A stretch of DNA of 64,000 nucleotides from Squalus acanthias (GCA_030390025.1 CM059431.1:112222001-112286000), one strand, 5' to 3'. Positions 37,469 through 51,040 are shown, numbered from the stretch's first letter. Program-made: numbers and translations. The notes: a model not told the origin generated them from the letters alone.

Positions 37469-37899
37469 TTAGAGATGGAGGGGGTCCAGTCTGTCATTCT
37501 CCTGGGAGGATTTAGTTTGCGTACCTTTAAAATGAACATACATTTTGACAACAAAATGTTAGGAGATGCAATATTAAAGTTGTTCCTGATTTATAGGAGT
37601 CAGAGGTTGCAAACGTTTAAACTTCTGAGCAGAGCCAAGATTGAATTCTGCATTCATATCATAAGACTTAATTTTTTTTTAATGTTTCATCTTTTGTACT
37701 GTCCTGAAACTTAGATATTTCCCTCTGTTTAAACTATAAAGGTTTGCCTGCCAATAATAAGTGTTTGTTTCTCCGCAGGCCAATGTTTAATAATGGAAAA
37801 CCATAACAATCACTGCCAGTTCCTCAATTCAGTATTGTGGTGAAGTGACCGATGGAGACTGGGGACAGGTTAAGGCAAATTATAGCCTTTTGGAAAAAG

Positions 37900-38312
37900 A
37901 AAAACTTGCCTTTAACAACCTCAGCACTTTACAGCCAATGAAGTACTTTTGAAGAGTAGTCACTGTTGGAAATGGGGCAGCCAATTTGCACACAGCAAGC
38001 TCCCACAATCAACAATGTGAAAATAACCAGATCATCTGTTTTGGTACTGTGGATTGAGGGATAAATATTGATGAGAACACGAGGGAGAATTCCGTGCGCC
38101 TCTTCAAATAGTGCCATCGGGTCTTTTATGCCCCCTTAGAGGGCAAACAGGGCCTCGGTTTAACGTCTCATCCAAAAGACGGCACCTCCAACATTGTAGC
38201 ACTCCCTCAGCACTGCACTGGAGTTTCAGCCTGGATTATGTGCTCAAAGTTTCAGGAGTGGCACTTGAACCCACAATCTCAGAGGCAAGAGTGCTACCAA
38301 CTGAGCCACAGC
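37900..38312 (-). mobile_element. Deu-domain SINE
   Basis: Homologous throughout to 9255-9716 and 62972-63432. Confidence 0.85.
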
Positions 38313-39930
38313 TGACACCTGCAATACCGTATATGCTTTTAAAATCTTTTCTTATAGCATCTGTGCATTTTCAAAATTGCTAGTGGTGAATATTATAAAA
38401 ATAGAATTTCAAAAATGTACAGAACCAGAAATGATTTTCCAAATTCATAGCACTCTGAATCAACTATAAAATTCGAACCCTGTTACGAGAGAATACATTT
38501 TCAATTTCCTGTCGGCACCTAACACTATATTGCATCTCTGAATCTCAAAATCAAGCTTCTCAATTCGTTTTTTTTTACCCTGGTCGGACCAACATTGTGA
38601 GACAATCCAGGTACTTGAGTAAAAACAAGTGATTACTCATATGACAGTTTTCCACTGCAATAATTCAAAAATCTGGGTCATGCCTTCATATAGATATTGA
38701 CATCTCCTGGAGCAGCACTTGTGTCACCTTGATCTACTTTGATGGACGTGGTGCTAGCGAAGTTAATCTTCTGGTCATTAAATCTAAGGTGAGGTGAAAT
38801 GGCCCATGCAGCTACTGTGTCCAAGGTCTCGTATGATCTAGGCTTGTGTTGCTAGGAAACATTTTTTTTCAGTCTTGACATGGTTTCATGTAGTGAAACA
38901 GAGGTTTGAACGTGAGTGTTCAACAATATTAAAACATTCGGTTAAGCTACATGTTAAATTGCTCAAAAAATGTCAATTTTGCACGGCCATACTGTGCTGT
39001 ATACAACATTTGAATGGCTTGCTGAGTAAACTACAACTCACTGGGAGTATATTAAGTAGTCAGTAGAATTGCCATTAATCTCATTCTTTTTACCAGCAAA
39101 TGAATGGGTTGAGCTTTTAATTTCCTATTGTGTGGCTCTTTCATGAAAGAGGCGCTATTCCATCTGATTGTAGTATCCTGTATCCTATACATCATGTCAC
39201 TACTGACTGATTGGGACAAATCATCGAAAGTTATCTAACAGTCTAACAAAAGTAAAGTGCAGCCACCAAAGCTGTTGTGACGAGGAGGTCTGATGTTGCA
39301 CATTGAAGAAATGCAAATCACGGCTGGACAGCTGAGCTAACACATTTAACTGTAGTGACAGCAGGCACTTTGCTTCAGTTTTTTTTTACTTGACAATTTG
39401 TTGAATTTATAACAGTATCTGCCTTTCTGGGATGATTTGATTTACTCCTACAAAGTAGAACTGCTTAGCAAAGGTCTTAAATGTGTGTTCTCAATAACAG
39501 AGAGACCTCTCCAATACATTTATAAGATGAGATTTCTATGTGAATTTTATGAAGTGATGGAAATGCCAAATCATATGTTCAATGATGGTGATGGCGATTA
39601 CTGATTTCTGGTTGCCTTATGTTTTGAGCACTAAATCTTGCTATATAAGTTACAATCATTCCTGCCGTCAACTTGCTCATATGAGATGACAGCCCTCCAT
39701 TCACCTAATGTCCGGTCAATGTTTTAAAGATATATTATTGTGCCATACAAAACATTCACACAGTTTCTGAGGTCATGGCGCAATCTGGGATATATACTGC
39801 AGGATAAATCTACATAGTAATCGTGGATATATGCATTTAAGGGTTTTATATTGTTACACATATTTGGGTAGGATTACTTGATAGGACTGAGATTATTCTC
39901 AGTCAGGGAAGTTAGGATACATGAGATGGG

Positions 39931-40035
39931 ATAAAAACAGAAAATGCTGGAAATACTCAGCAGGTCAGGCAGCATCTGTGGAGAGAGAAAAACAAAGTCA
40001 ACGTTTCAGGTCGATGACCTTTCATCAGAACTGGG
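39931..40035 (-). repeat. Penelope-terminus-like repeat containing a minimal hammerhead motif
   Basis: Minus strand reads AGTT-CTGATGA-A-AGGTC-ATC-GACCT-GAAA-CGT-T-GACT (39996-40032). Confidence 0.7.
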
Positions 40036-40044
40036 AAAAAGTTC

Positions 40045-40146
40045 TCCTTATGTGGCTCGGCGTCAAATTTTGTTTGATAACGCTCCTGTGGAATGTCTTG
40101 GGACATATTAATTTAAAGGCGCTATATAAATGCAAGTTGTTGTTGT
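40045..40146 (+). mobile_element. L2-type 3' tail fragment
   Basis: Reverse complement of the L2 3' end at 53229-53335; ends TAAATGCAAG(TTG)n. Confidence 0.7.
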
Positions 40147-41312
40147 GGCACCCTCTTCAGTTTGTCAGTGTTCTTTTAGATGTTGACTTAACCAGTCTGT
40201 CTTACAGAACTGGCCGTACAATTTGCAAGGCTCCATGCGGCAGATAGCTTTGGGGGGAGGGAGACACCTTCAACCATGATCTGCTAATAAAGCATTTTAT
40301 ATGCAATTGCCAAAGTTTTCTACATAAGTTATTTAGATCTGAAACTCTTAAGTACTGAAGGATGATACCACTTGAATGGAATAAATATTCATTGCTGCGA
40401 GCCTTTAAAATGCTACCAGAGGGGTAACTTTCTGACTTTGTGCTTGAAATGGTCTGAAAATCATGTGCAGCACATGCTCAAGTTTCTGATATGCATCCCA
40501 GCAGTAGATGGTTCCCTGTCGGGAGTGTGAGGTCAAAGAATTGCCCTTTAAAACTATATTTAACACAGAAATCAATTTTTTTTTCAATGGCGGAACTTAT
40601 CCAATTTTATGGAAAACTTGTTATTTGCCATTTGGGAATCTATTTTTAACAAAAGATGATTTTTTAAAAAACAAACATTTTTAAGCAGTAATTGAGAATT
40701 GTTAGCTACTCTATGGCCTACATTGATGGGCGTAAGCTAAGCTAGCAGAGACTGGTGTACCATCGGCTCAATGAGGAAGTGTTGATAGACCATACCCCAC
40801 TGATACTGGAATGTGTATAGCTGCACTGTAGGCTGTACATAGGTCAGCACTCTTGACTGCTTTTATTCATAGACAAAAATAAAAGATGCTCATTTCTGAA
40901 TTTGAGGTTCATGTTTCATATACAAGATAGCACATAGGTAGCAGTGATGATGGTGTCATAATACCAACGAACCTTGTGTGGTGTGTCAGTGTCACAACCA
41001 GTGATGTCTTATTGAGAGAGAGAGAGTGAGTCACCTTGTCCCCTTTAAATGGTGGCATGATATTATGCCGATCTCTGTTTGTATTGCTGATGGCCAGGAA
41101 TGTTGGGAGACAGTAGTTGTGTTAACATGGCAAGCATTACACATGGCCCTTGCAATCTTCTGCTGTCCCCATAGCACCCTAAAATGTGGTACTTATTTTA
41201 TCCATCTTGGCTGGGAAAAGGCTCTTGGGGGTGTTGGGGGGTGGCGGGGGGCAGCCTGTTGCTTAAGCAACTGAAGTACCTGGTGGTTGGTTTATCCGCA
41301 AAAATAATAGTT

Positions 41313-41553
41313 TGTTGAGGCTGCCGCGAAACACGAATGGAGGCTGAATCCATATGTGGAAAACAAGAAACTTTAATTCACTGCATGGCACACAAAAATG
41401 GCTGAGAAAGCTGCTCCCAGAATTCTCTGGAAAAACCCTGAAGCCCCGCCCACTCCTGTCTTAAAGGTAAGGTGCCTTAAAGGGAAGGTTCACCGATATA
41501 TTGTCCACAGACGGAAAAGTGGGTTATGCCCGTTTAGGTGGCGATCCGCCACA
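41313..41553 (-). repeat. 3' LTR
   Basis: TGTTGAGG...CCGCCACA, direct repeat of 45420-45660. Confidence 0.96.
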
Positions 41554-41573
41554 CAGCTCCCCCCAGAATCCGC

Positions 41574-44500
41574 TTAGGAGGTGTGGACGAGACGGTGCGG
41601 CGGTCTGATGGGCCGGCCGGAGCGGCTCTTGTAGGACGCCGGTGGACGTGGAACGGCCGGGCGTGGAGCAGCCGGGTGAACCGGCTTGAGGGCAGGTCGG
41701 CCGCGTGGAGGTGGACGAGCTACAGGGACCTGCTCACCGGGCTCCGAGTGTGCTGGCTTGAGTCGGTCAACCGACACTTTTTCGGTCCTGTCGCCCACTT
41801 GCAGGGTGAAAAATTTGTCCCCGGCCTGTAGCACCTTGTAGGGCCCATCGTACGGGGGTTGAAGGGGTCCGCGGTGGGCGTCGTGCCGGACGAAAACAAA
41901 CCGTGCCTGGTGCAGGCTTAGTGGGACGTGTGAGGTGGATTCGCCGTGTCGAGCAATGGGCACCGGGGCGAACTGCAGCGCCGGTGAGGCGAAGTCGTGG
42001 CGTTGCTGGTCGGCTGACCAGGGTGTCGTGGCGGTGGGCAGGAACTCGCCGGGTACGCACAGCGGCTGACCGTACACGAGCTCTGCTGCCGATGCGTGGA
42101 GGTCTTCTTTAACCGCGGTGCGCAGGCCGAGGAGGACCCACGGAAGTCGGTCGGTCCAGGCGCCGTCTTGGAGGCTGGCTCGAAGAGATGCCTTCAAGGA
42201 GCTGTGGAACCGCTCACACAGTCCGTTGGCTTGGGGGTGGTATGCTGTGGTGCGGTGAATGGTCACCCCGAGATTGCGTGCAACGGCGGTCCAGAGTTCA
42301 GAGGTAAATTGCGGACCTCTGTCCGACGTCATGTCGGAGGGGACGCCGAACCGTGCGACCCAGGTGCTGACGAAGGCTCTGGCGATGTCGGCGGTGGTGG
42401 TAGAGGTCAGTGGAATTGCCTCAGGCCAGTGTGTGGTGCGGTCAACGATGGTCAGCAAGTGCGTGCGGCCTTGCGATGGCGGCAGGGGCCCGACGATGTC
42501 CACGTGGATGTGGTCGAATCTCCGCGAGGGGACGGTAAACTCCTCGAGGGGTGCTTTCGTGTGTTGCTGTACCGTGGCCCGTTGGCAGGCTAGGCAGGAG
42601 TTGGCCCAAGTACGCACATCCTTGCGAAGGCCGCGCCAGACGAAGCGGTTGGCTACCAATTTGATGGATGCGCGGGCGCCGGGGTGGGAGAGGTTGTGGA
42701 GAATGTCGAATAGCCGGCGGCGCCAGGACGCTGGGACGACGGGCCAAGGTTGACATAGGGATATGTCGCACTTGATCGTGACTGCGGTCGAGCCACAGGC
42801 GACGTCGGCCAGGCGTAGCCCTGGTAGGTTGGTGGGTGCGGAGAGCAGATCAGGGTCGGTGATCTGGTCTGCTGCGAGTTGAGCGTAGTCGACTGCTAGG
42901 TGTGCGGCGTGGATGGCGGGGCGGGAGAGGCAGTCGGCTACCACATTGTCTCGGCCGGAGACGTGTTGGATGTTCGTGGTGAACTCGGACACTGCCGCGA
43001 GCTGGCGCTGCTGCCTGGCGGACCAGGGGTCGGTTGTCTTTGCCATTGCGAATGTCAGGGGCTTGTGGTCGACAAACGCCGTGAAGGGGTGGCCCTCAAG
43101 CAAAAACTGGAAATGGCGGACCTCCAGGAACAGCGCGAGGAGCTCGCGGTCGAAGGTGCTGTACTTGACCTCCGGGGGGCGTAGTTGACGGCTGAAGAAG
43201 GCAAGTGGTTGCCAGGCGCCGTCGACCCACTGCTCATACACGGCGCGTGGTCGGAGGTGTCCGTGGTGAGCGCTACCCTGGCATTGGGCCGTGGGTGCGC
43301 GAGCAGGGTGGCGTTGGCGAGCGCGGTCTTGGTGGAGTCGAAGGCGGCTGACGCGTCTGCCGTCCGTTCGACTGCCATCTTGCCGCTCCTGCCCCGGAGG
43401 GTTTCATACAGGGGCCTCATGAGGGACGCCGCTTTGGGGATGAAGCGGTTATAGAAGTTCACCATCCCGAGGAACTCCTGGAGGCCTTTGATGGTGGTGG
43501 GGCGGGGAAATTGTTGGACGGCCTGCACCTTGGTGGGCAGGGGAATGGCCCCAGCATGGGTGATGTGGTGGCCGAGGAAGTCGATCTTGTCCAGGCCGAA
43601 CTGGCATTTGGCTGGGCTGAGGATGAGCCCGTGGTCGCTGAGGCACCCGAACAGGATGCGGAGGTGTTCGAGGTGTTCCTGCTTGGAGGAACTGGCTACC
43701 AGGATGTCGTCCAGGTAGACGAACAGGAACTTCAGGTCCCGAAGGACCGAGTCCATGAGCCGTTGGAATGCCTGGGCCGCGTTTTTGAGGCCGAAGGGCA
43801 TCCGCAGGAACTTGAACAGGCCGAAGGGGGTGATTACGGCCGTCTTGGGGACGTCCGCGGGGTGGACGGGGACTTGGTGGTAGCCGCGCACCAGGCCGAC
43901 CTTGGAAAAGACTGAGCGGCCGGCCAGTCTAGCCGAGAAGTCCTGAATGTGTGGCACGGGGTACCGATCAGGGGTGGTGGTGTCATTAAGGCGGCGGTAA
44001 TCCCCGCAGGGGCGCCAACCTCCGCCTGGTTTGGGGGCAATGTGGAGTGGGGAGGCCCAGGGACTGTTGGAGCGGCGGATGATGCCGAGCTGTTCCATGG
44101 TGGCAAACTCGGTCCGCGCGATCTCCAGTTTGGCCGGGTCCAGCCTGCGGGCGTGGGCGTACACTGGGGGGCCTGTGGTGGGGATGAAGTGTTCCACCCC
44201 GTGTTTGGCGGCCTCCGCGGAGAAGGTCGGATTGGTGAGGGCCGGGAATTCGGCCAGGAGTGCCGAGTAGTCATCCGTGGCCCGGGCGTGGCACTGTGAC
44301 GCCATGTCGGCGGGTTGACGGGGGGCCATGGCGCCCAGGATGGGGGACATGGTGTTCATGTCCACGAGGCGGTGACGGGGGATGTCTACCAGTAGGCCGT
44401 GGGCGCACAGGAAATCTGCGCCGATGAGAGGGGAGAGCACCTTGGCAGTGATGAACTCCCATCGGTAGCGGCGACCAGCGAGGTCGAGGGTGACTGTCCG

Positions 44501-45379
44501 GGTGCCATACATCCGGATTTCCGAGCCGTTAGCAGCAGCCAGCGCCGGTCCTCGTTCGCCCTTTTGGATGTCGAGGGAGGAGGCCGGGATGATGCTGTGC
44601 TGAGCCCCAGTGTCGCACAGGAACCGGCGGCCGGTTTTGTCATCTGTAACGAACAGCAGGGAGCCCGCGTGGCCCACAGCCATCGCGGGGGCTGGTACAG
44701 GGGCGGACTTGAAAGAGCAGGGAGGTGTGCACTGTTGTGCCCTGGCGCCGAACCGTGCGTGGTAGTAACAGTGGCCCGGGTTAGTGGGGCGTGAAGGCCC
44801 CGTGGGCCTGGTGACAGGCCCTTGTGGCCGCGTGCTGGATGGTGAGGGGTGCGCCCAGGCATTGGCTGCCAGGTCTGGAGTGACGTCGCGGCTGGAGTGA
44901 GCGGACAGCAGCTTGTCGGCCTCATCGGCCAGGGCTTCCAGGTTCGTGAGGCCGGACGCCACGATCGCTGGGCGGATGCTGAGAGGGAGCTGGCGGATGA
45001 ACAGTGTGCGGAAGAGGGATCCGGGTGGGCTCTCGTTGGTGAGGGAGAGCATGTGGGAGAGGAGGTCTGACGGTGAGGCATCACCGAGGCCTGGAAGGTC
45101 GAGGAGGTGGCAGTTTCGCTGATATGCCGAGGCCGTAAATTTTTTAAGGAGCGCTGTCCTGAGATGTGCATACTTGCCTTCCTCTGGTGGGTTCTGCAGC
45201 GTTGTCCAAACCTTCGAAACTGCGGCGCTACTGAGTGATGTGACGAGATAGTCGTACTTCGTCCCATCTGTGGTGATATTTCGCAGCCGGAAGCGAGATT
45301 CAGCTTGGAGAAACCAGGCTTCGGGCTGGTTTTCCCAAAACTCCGGCAGTTTCACGGAAACTGCGTTCGTGTCCGCCAT
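41574..45379 (-). pseudogene. gag-pol polyprotein, one frameshift near 43245 in RNase H
   Basis: Gag VKLPEFW..CYYHARFGARAQQCTPPC; protease FLCDTGA; RT WRPCGDYRRLN, MPFGLKNA, YLDD; RNase H YSTFDRELLA, DHKPL; integrase HNLSH..CLAC, HVDIVGP, SDRGPQF, GLCERF; GPY motif. Confidence 0.93.
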
Positions 45380-45404
45380 TGCAGTGCTCGGAATACGTTC
45401 TGAG

Positions 45405-45418
45405 CGTCGGGGTCACCA
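45405..45418 (-). promoter_or_regulatory. Primer-binding site complementary to tRNA-Trp 3' end
   Basis: Minus strand TGGTGACCCCGACG, one base inside the 5' LTR. Confidence 0.85.
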
Positions 45419-45419
45419 A

Positions 45420-45660
45420 TGTTGAGGCTGCCGCGAAACACGAATGGAGGCTGAATCCATATGTGGAAAACAAGAAACTTTAATTCACTGCATGGCACAC
45501 AAAAATGGCTGAGAAAGCTGCTCCCAGAATTCTCTGGAAAAACCCTGAAGCCCCGCGCAGTCCTGTCTTAAAGGTAAGGTGCCTTAAAGGGAAGGTTCAT
45601 CGATATATTGTCCACAGACGGAAAAGTGGGTTATGCCCGTTTAGGTGGCGATCCGCCACA
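45420..45660 (-). repeat. 5' LTR
   Basis: Direct repeat of 41313-41553, followed by TSD AGTT. Confidence 0.96.
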
Positions 45661-46484
45661 AGTTACTGTTTTGCAAAATCAGGAGCAGAGTTGATCAGTA
45701 ATTCTAGGGATAGCAGACAGGCAACTGTATGAGATGACTAGAAGTGTAATGGCACAGAACTAATTTCACTAACGTATCTTGCAAATATGACTGACCTTGC
45801 TGTATGAAAGCTTTGTCAATAAGATATTATTTCTTATTTGGATAATTTTAGAGTGGGCAATACTGTTTTCCAAGTAAAATAAAGGGCTTGAACTTTTGTA
45901 CCATTGGTAAGCTATATATAAATTTAGATTTGTGATACTTTGTACAGTACAAATTCTGCGTTCAATTGGAAGCTGACATTCAGTAATTAGAAGCAAGACA
46001 GACAACAACAAGGACAAGACAGAATTAGGACCCAATTCATTCAATAATAGCTCGCCAGAATCAAGAAAGAGCTGTGTGTTCTATATATGCTTAATGCCAT
46101 TCAGCTCATTTCAACTACTCTATCTTCCTGCCATAATTTTGTTTTGTATTGGATACTTATAAAAATTGATTATATCACTGCGGATTCTGTGTTTAAGCAG
46201 TATGCAGATGCTGTAGTATTGTAAACCCACTACAGAAACACTTGGAATGCTGGCTGTGCACTCCACCCACCTCTGCCTAAGGATTCTACTGTTGGTCTTG
46301 TGACTTCCTCTCTTTCTAAATCTGAACTAACTCTTCAAATCCTTTAGCTGTGTATTTAAAAATGCATCATTTTAAAAATATTAATACCAATGGATTTTAA
46401 CTAAAAGCTGCTTTTACATTCCACGATTCGTGCTGGTGCTACCAGTTCTTGGAACATAGATCCTGCACAGCCAGATGCAAGCTG

Positions 46485-46862
46485 AATACAATTTTAAAGT
46501 GGGTGCAGGAGAGAGAGACCTGGGGGTTCACATACACAAATCTTGGGCTTTATAAATAGAGGCATAGAGTACAAAAACAAGGAAGTTATGCTAAACTTTT
46601 ACAAATCACTGGTTAGGCCTCAGCTGGGGTATTGTGTCCAATTCTGGGCACCGCACTTTAAGAAGGATGTCAAGGCCTTGGAGAGGGTGCAGAGGAGATT
46701 TACTAGAATTATACCAGGGATGAGGGACTTCAGTTATGTGGAGAGACTAGAGAAGCTGGGATTGTTCTCTTTAGAGCAGAGAAGGTTAAGGGGAGATTTA
46801 ATAGTGGTATTCAAAATTATGAAAGGTTTTGACAGAGTAAATAAGGAGAAGCTGTTTCCACT
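46485..46862 (+). mobile_element. CR1 RT C-terminal fragment
   Basis: GFINRGIEYK..LVRPQLGYCVQFWAP..LERVQRRFTR..RRLRGDLI. Confidence 0.88.
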
Positions 46863-47290
46863 GAGTCAGAAGGGTGTGGGTCCAAGTCCCACTCCAGGGA
46901 CTTGTGCACATAAAGCTAGGCTGACACTCCAGTGCAGTGCTGAGGGAGTGCTGCACGGTCGGAGATGCCATCTTTCGGATGAGACGTTAAACCGAGGCCC
47001 CGTCTGCGCTCTCAGGTGGACATAAAAGATCCCAAGGCACTATTTCGAAGAAGAGCAGGGGAGTTATCCCCGGTGTCCTGGCCAATATTTATCCCTCATT
47101 CCACATCATTAAAACAGATTATCTGAGCATCATCACATTGCTGTTTGTGGGAGCTTGCTGTGCGCAAATTGGCTGCCGTGTTTCCCACATTACAACAGTG
47201 ACTACGCTCTAAAAATACTTCATTGGCTGTAAAGCGCTTTGAGATGTTCGGTGGTTGTGAAAGGCGCTATATAAATGCAAGTCTTTCTTT
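46863..47290 (+). mobile_element. Deu-domain (SacSINE1-like) SINE, head truncated
   Basis: B-box-like GGTCCAAGTCCC, Deu core GCAGTGCTGAGGGAGTGCTGC..GGATGAGACGTTAAACCGAGG, tail TAAATGCAAGTCTTTCTTT. Confidence 0.88.
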
Positions 47291-47849
47291 ATGGGTTACC
47301 AAGCTGATGGTTTAATTTCATTTATCTCTATTTTTAGCACATTGGTTAATGGTTTGCATTCAATTGCTGGCTACATTATTTTAAGGCAATCATTAATTAG
47401 TTTATTTTAAACTGGTTAACTCTAATCGTGTACACAGGGAATTAAATCCCTTAATGTCCATAAGGAAATTGAGTTCATATTTGGAATGGAAGGTGGCTGA
47501 CTGGGACCTGTGAAGCCATTTAAAAACCGGATTGCTGTACTGAAACATTCCAGCCCACTTTAACCACAGAAACAGGCCGCCTTAAAGTAGGACAGATTAT
47601 TTGGAAGTAACAGGAGATAAAAGTTCAGAGGAACAATGAGTATAATAGGGTCAAAAACAGTTAAAGACCTGGAAAGTTGCATTGGAGAGAGAAGGGAAGG
47701 GGTTGGAGGCATGACAAGATGATCAGATGAGGCATGAGAAGATGATCAAATGATAGCTTTCTTTGGCGTTGGATGTGATACTGGCCTCCACCATTAAAAG
47801 CCAAGCTCAGATCTGGAATGATGCTAATGAGTTTAGAAATAGAAAGAAA

Positions 47850-50800
47850 GAGCAGATGAATGCATGGCTGGAGAGATGGCGTAGGAGGGAGGGCTTTAGA
47901 TTCCTGAGGAATTGGAACCGTTTCTGGGGGAGGTGGGACCTCTATAAGCCAGACGGGTTGCACCTCAACGGGAACGGGACCAATATCCTCGCGGGAGGGT
48001 TTGCTAGTGCTGTTGGGGAGGGTTTAAGCTAGCTTGGCAGGGGGATGGGAACCTAAGTATAGAGTCAATAGGGAGGGAAGAAAAACTGGAATTGGAAAAC
48101 AAAAATGTAGAAAGTAAATTGGAAGGACAGAGGAATCAAGGGCTAGATAGTAGTCAACAAGGAGGTTTGCCTGTACTAAATGGTATATACTTCAATGCAA
48201 GGAGTATAGCGAACAAGGCAGATGAGCTGAGGGCACAGGTAGATACTTGGAACTATGATATTATAGCTATCACAGAGACGTGGCTGAAAGAGGAGCAGGT
48301 ATGCCAGCTCAACATTCCTGGTTACAGGATTTTCAGACGGAATAGAGAGGGAGGTAAAAGGGAGGGGAGGTCGCGGTATTGATTAAAGAAACTATTACAG
48401 CTGTGAGGAGGGATGATATGTTGGAGGGATCATCAAACGAGGCCATATGGGTCAAATTGAAAAACAGAAAAGGGGCAATCACACTGCTGGGAGTGTACTA
48501 CAGACACCCAAACAGTAAGAGGGAGATAGAAGAACAAATATGTGGACACATTTCTGAGAAGTGCAAAAACTATAGGGCAGTAATAGTAGGGGACTTCAAC
48601 TACCCCAATATTAACTGGGATAAAATTAGTGTGAAGAGTATAGAAGGTGCGGAATTCCTAAAATGCATCCAGGAGAACTTTTTTAGCCAGTATGTAGCAA
48701 GCCCAACAAGGGAGGGGTCGGTTCTGGACTTAGTTTTAGGGAATGAAGCTGGGCAGGTAGAAGGCGTATCAGTGGGGGAGCATTTTGGAGCTAGTGACCA
48801 TAATTCTGTTAGATTTAAGGTAGTTATGGAAAAGGACAAGGATAGACCAGGAATAAAAATTCTAAATTGGGGATAAGCAAATTTTGCTAAGCTCAGAGGG
48901 GATTTAGCCATAGTGGACTGGAAACAGCTACTTGAAGGTAAATCAGTGTCAGAGCCGTGGGAGGCATTCAAGGAGGAGATCCGGAGGGTTCAGACCAAAC
49001 ATGTGCCCTTAAAGGTGAGACTAACAATCTAGAGCCCCCTGGATGTCTAGAGACATACAGGGTAGGATAAAGAAAAAAAGGGAGGCATATGACAGATACC
49101 GAGGGCTAAATACTCCAGAATCTTTAGAGGAGTACAGAAAGTGCAGGGGTGCAATTAAAAATGATATTAGGAAAGCAAAGAGAGAGCATGAAAAATTCTT
49201 GGCAAGTAAAATCAAGGAAAACCCAAAGATGTTTTATAAATATATTAAGAGTAAGAAGATAACTAAAGAAAGGGTAGGGCCTATTAGAGATCATGAGGGT
49301 AATCTTTGAGTGGAGGCGGGAGACGTCGGTAGGGTTCTTAATGAATACTTTGCGTCTGTTTTCACAAAGGAGAGGGGTGAAGCAGACATTGCTATCGGGG
49401 GAGGAGTGTGAAATATTAGATGAAATAAACATAGTGAGAGAGGAAGTATTAAGGGGTTTAGCAGCTTTAAAAGTGGATAAATCCCCAGGCCCAGATGAAA
49501 TGTATCCCAGGCTGTTAAGCGAAGCAAAAGAGGAAATCGCAGAGGCCCTGACCATCATTTTTCAATCCTCTCTGGCTTCAGGTGTGGTACTGGAGGACTG
49601 CTAATGTGGTACCCTTGTTTAAAAAGGGAGAAAAGGATAGACCGAATAATTACAGGCCAGTCAGCCTAACCTCGGTGGTGGGAAAATTATTGGAAAGAAT
49701 TCTGAAGGACAGAATAAATCTTCATTTAGAAAGACACAGATTAATCAAGGATAGTCAGCACGGATTTGTTAAGGGAAGGTCATGTCTGACAAACTTGATT
49801 GAATTTTTTGAGGAGGTAACAAGGAGGGTAGATGAGGGTAGTGCGTTTGATGTAGTGTATGTGGACTTTAGCAAGGCTTTTGATAAGGTTTCATATGGCA
49901 GACTGGTCACGAAGTTAAAAGCCCATGGGATCCAGGGCAAAGTGTCAAGTTGGATTCAAAACTGGCTCGGAGACAGGAAGCAGAGGGTGATGGTTGATGG
50001 GTGTTTTTGTGACTGGAAGGCTGTTTCCAGTGGGGTTCTGCAGGGCTCAGTACTAGGTCCCTTGCTTTTTGTGGTATATATCAACGATCTTGACTTGAAT
50101 ATAGGGGGTATGATTAAGAAGTTTGCAGATGATACTAAAATCGGCTGTGTGGTTGATACTGAAGAAGGAAGCTGTAGACTGCAGGAAGATATCAATAAAT
50201 TGGTCAGGTGGGCAGAACAGTGGCAAATGGAATTCAATCTGGAGAAGTGTGAGGTAATGCACCTGGGGAGGGCTAACAAGGAAAGGGAATACACATTAAA
50301 TGGTAGGACACTGAGTAGTGTAGAAGAACAAAGGGACCTTGGAGTGCATGTCCACAGATCCCTGAAGGTAGCAGGCCAAGTAGATAAGGTGGTTAAGAAG
50401 GCATACGGAATGCTTGCCTTTATTAGCTGTTGAATAGAATACAAGAGCAGGGGGGGTTATGCATCAACTGTATAAAACACTAGTTAGGCCTCAGCTAGAG
50501 TACTGCGTGCAGTTCTGGTCACCACATTACAGGAAAGATGTGATTGCACTAGAGAGGGTACAGAGGAGATTTACAAGGATGTTGCCGGGAGTAGAGAATC
50601 TTAGCTATGAGGAAAGACTGGATAGGCTGGGTTTGTTTTCCTTGGAACAGAGGAGGCTGAGGGGAGACCTTATTGTGGTGTATAAAATTATGAGAGGCAT
50701 AGATAAAGTGGATGGAAAGGACATTATTTCCCTTAGCAGAGGGGTCAAAAACCAGGGGGCACAGATTTAAAGTAATTGGGAGAAGTTTTAGTGGGGATTT

Positions 50801-51040
50801 GAGGGGAAATTTCTTCACCCAGAGGGTTGTGGGGGTTTGGAACTCACTGCCTGAAAGGGTGGTAGAGGCAGGAACCCTAACCACATTTAAAAATTACTTG
50901 GATGTGCACTTGGGATGCTGTAACCTGCAGGGCTACGGACCAAGAGCTGGGAAGTGGGATTAGGCTGGATAGCTCTTTGTTGGCCGGCGTGGACACGATG
51001 GGTCGAAATGACCTCCTTCCGTGCTGTAACTTTCTATGAT
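47850..51040 (+). mobile_element. CR1 LINE: ORF1 esterase C-terminus plus disrupted APE-RT ORF2 and 3' tail
   Basis: NAWLERW..DLYKPDGLHLN (SGNH-like); YFNARSI, AITETW, VGDFNYP, SDHN (APE); RT KFADDTK; tail ends CTTTCTATGA. Confidence 0.94.

Larger units (their letters stand above)
41313..45660 (-). mobile_element. Complete Gypsy LTR retrotransposon, CsRn1-like clade
   Basis: Two 241-bp TG..CA LTRs with 3 differences; 4-bp TSD AGTT; tRNA-Trp PBS; PPT (minus-strand GGGGGGAG at 41557-41564); gag-PR-RT-RH-IN order. Confidence 0.96.

Noticed and set aside
38680..38790. Possible minus-strand host exon (FNDQKINFASTTSIKVDQG..)
   Set aside because: Short, no recognisable homology and no partner exons.
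43055..43260. Programmed frameshift between the two Gypsy ORFs
   Set aside because: The break is inside RNase H, where a few conserved residues are missing, indicating a small deletion rather than a gag/pol slippery site.
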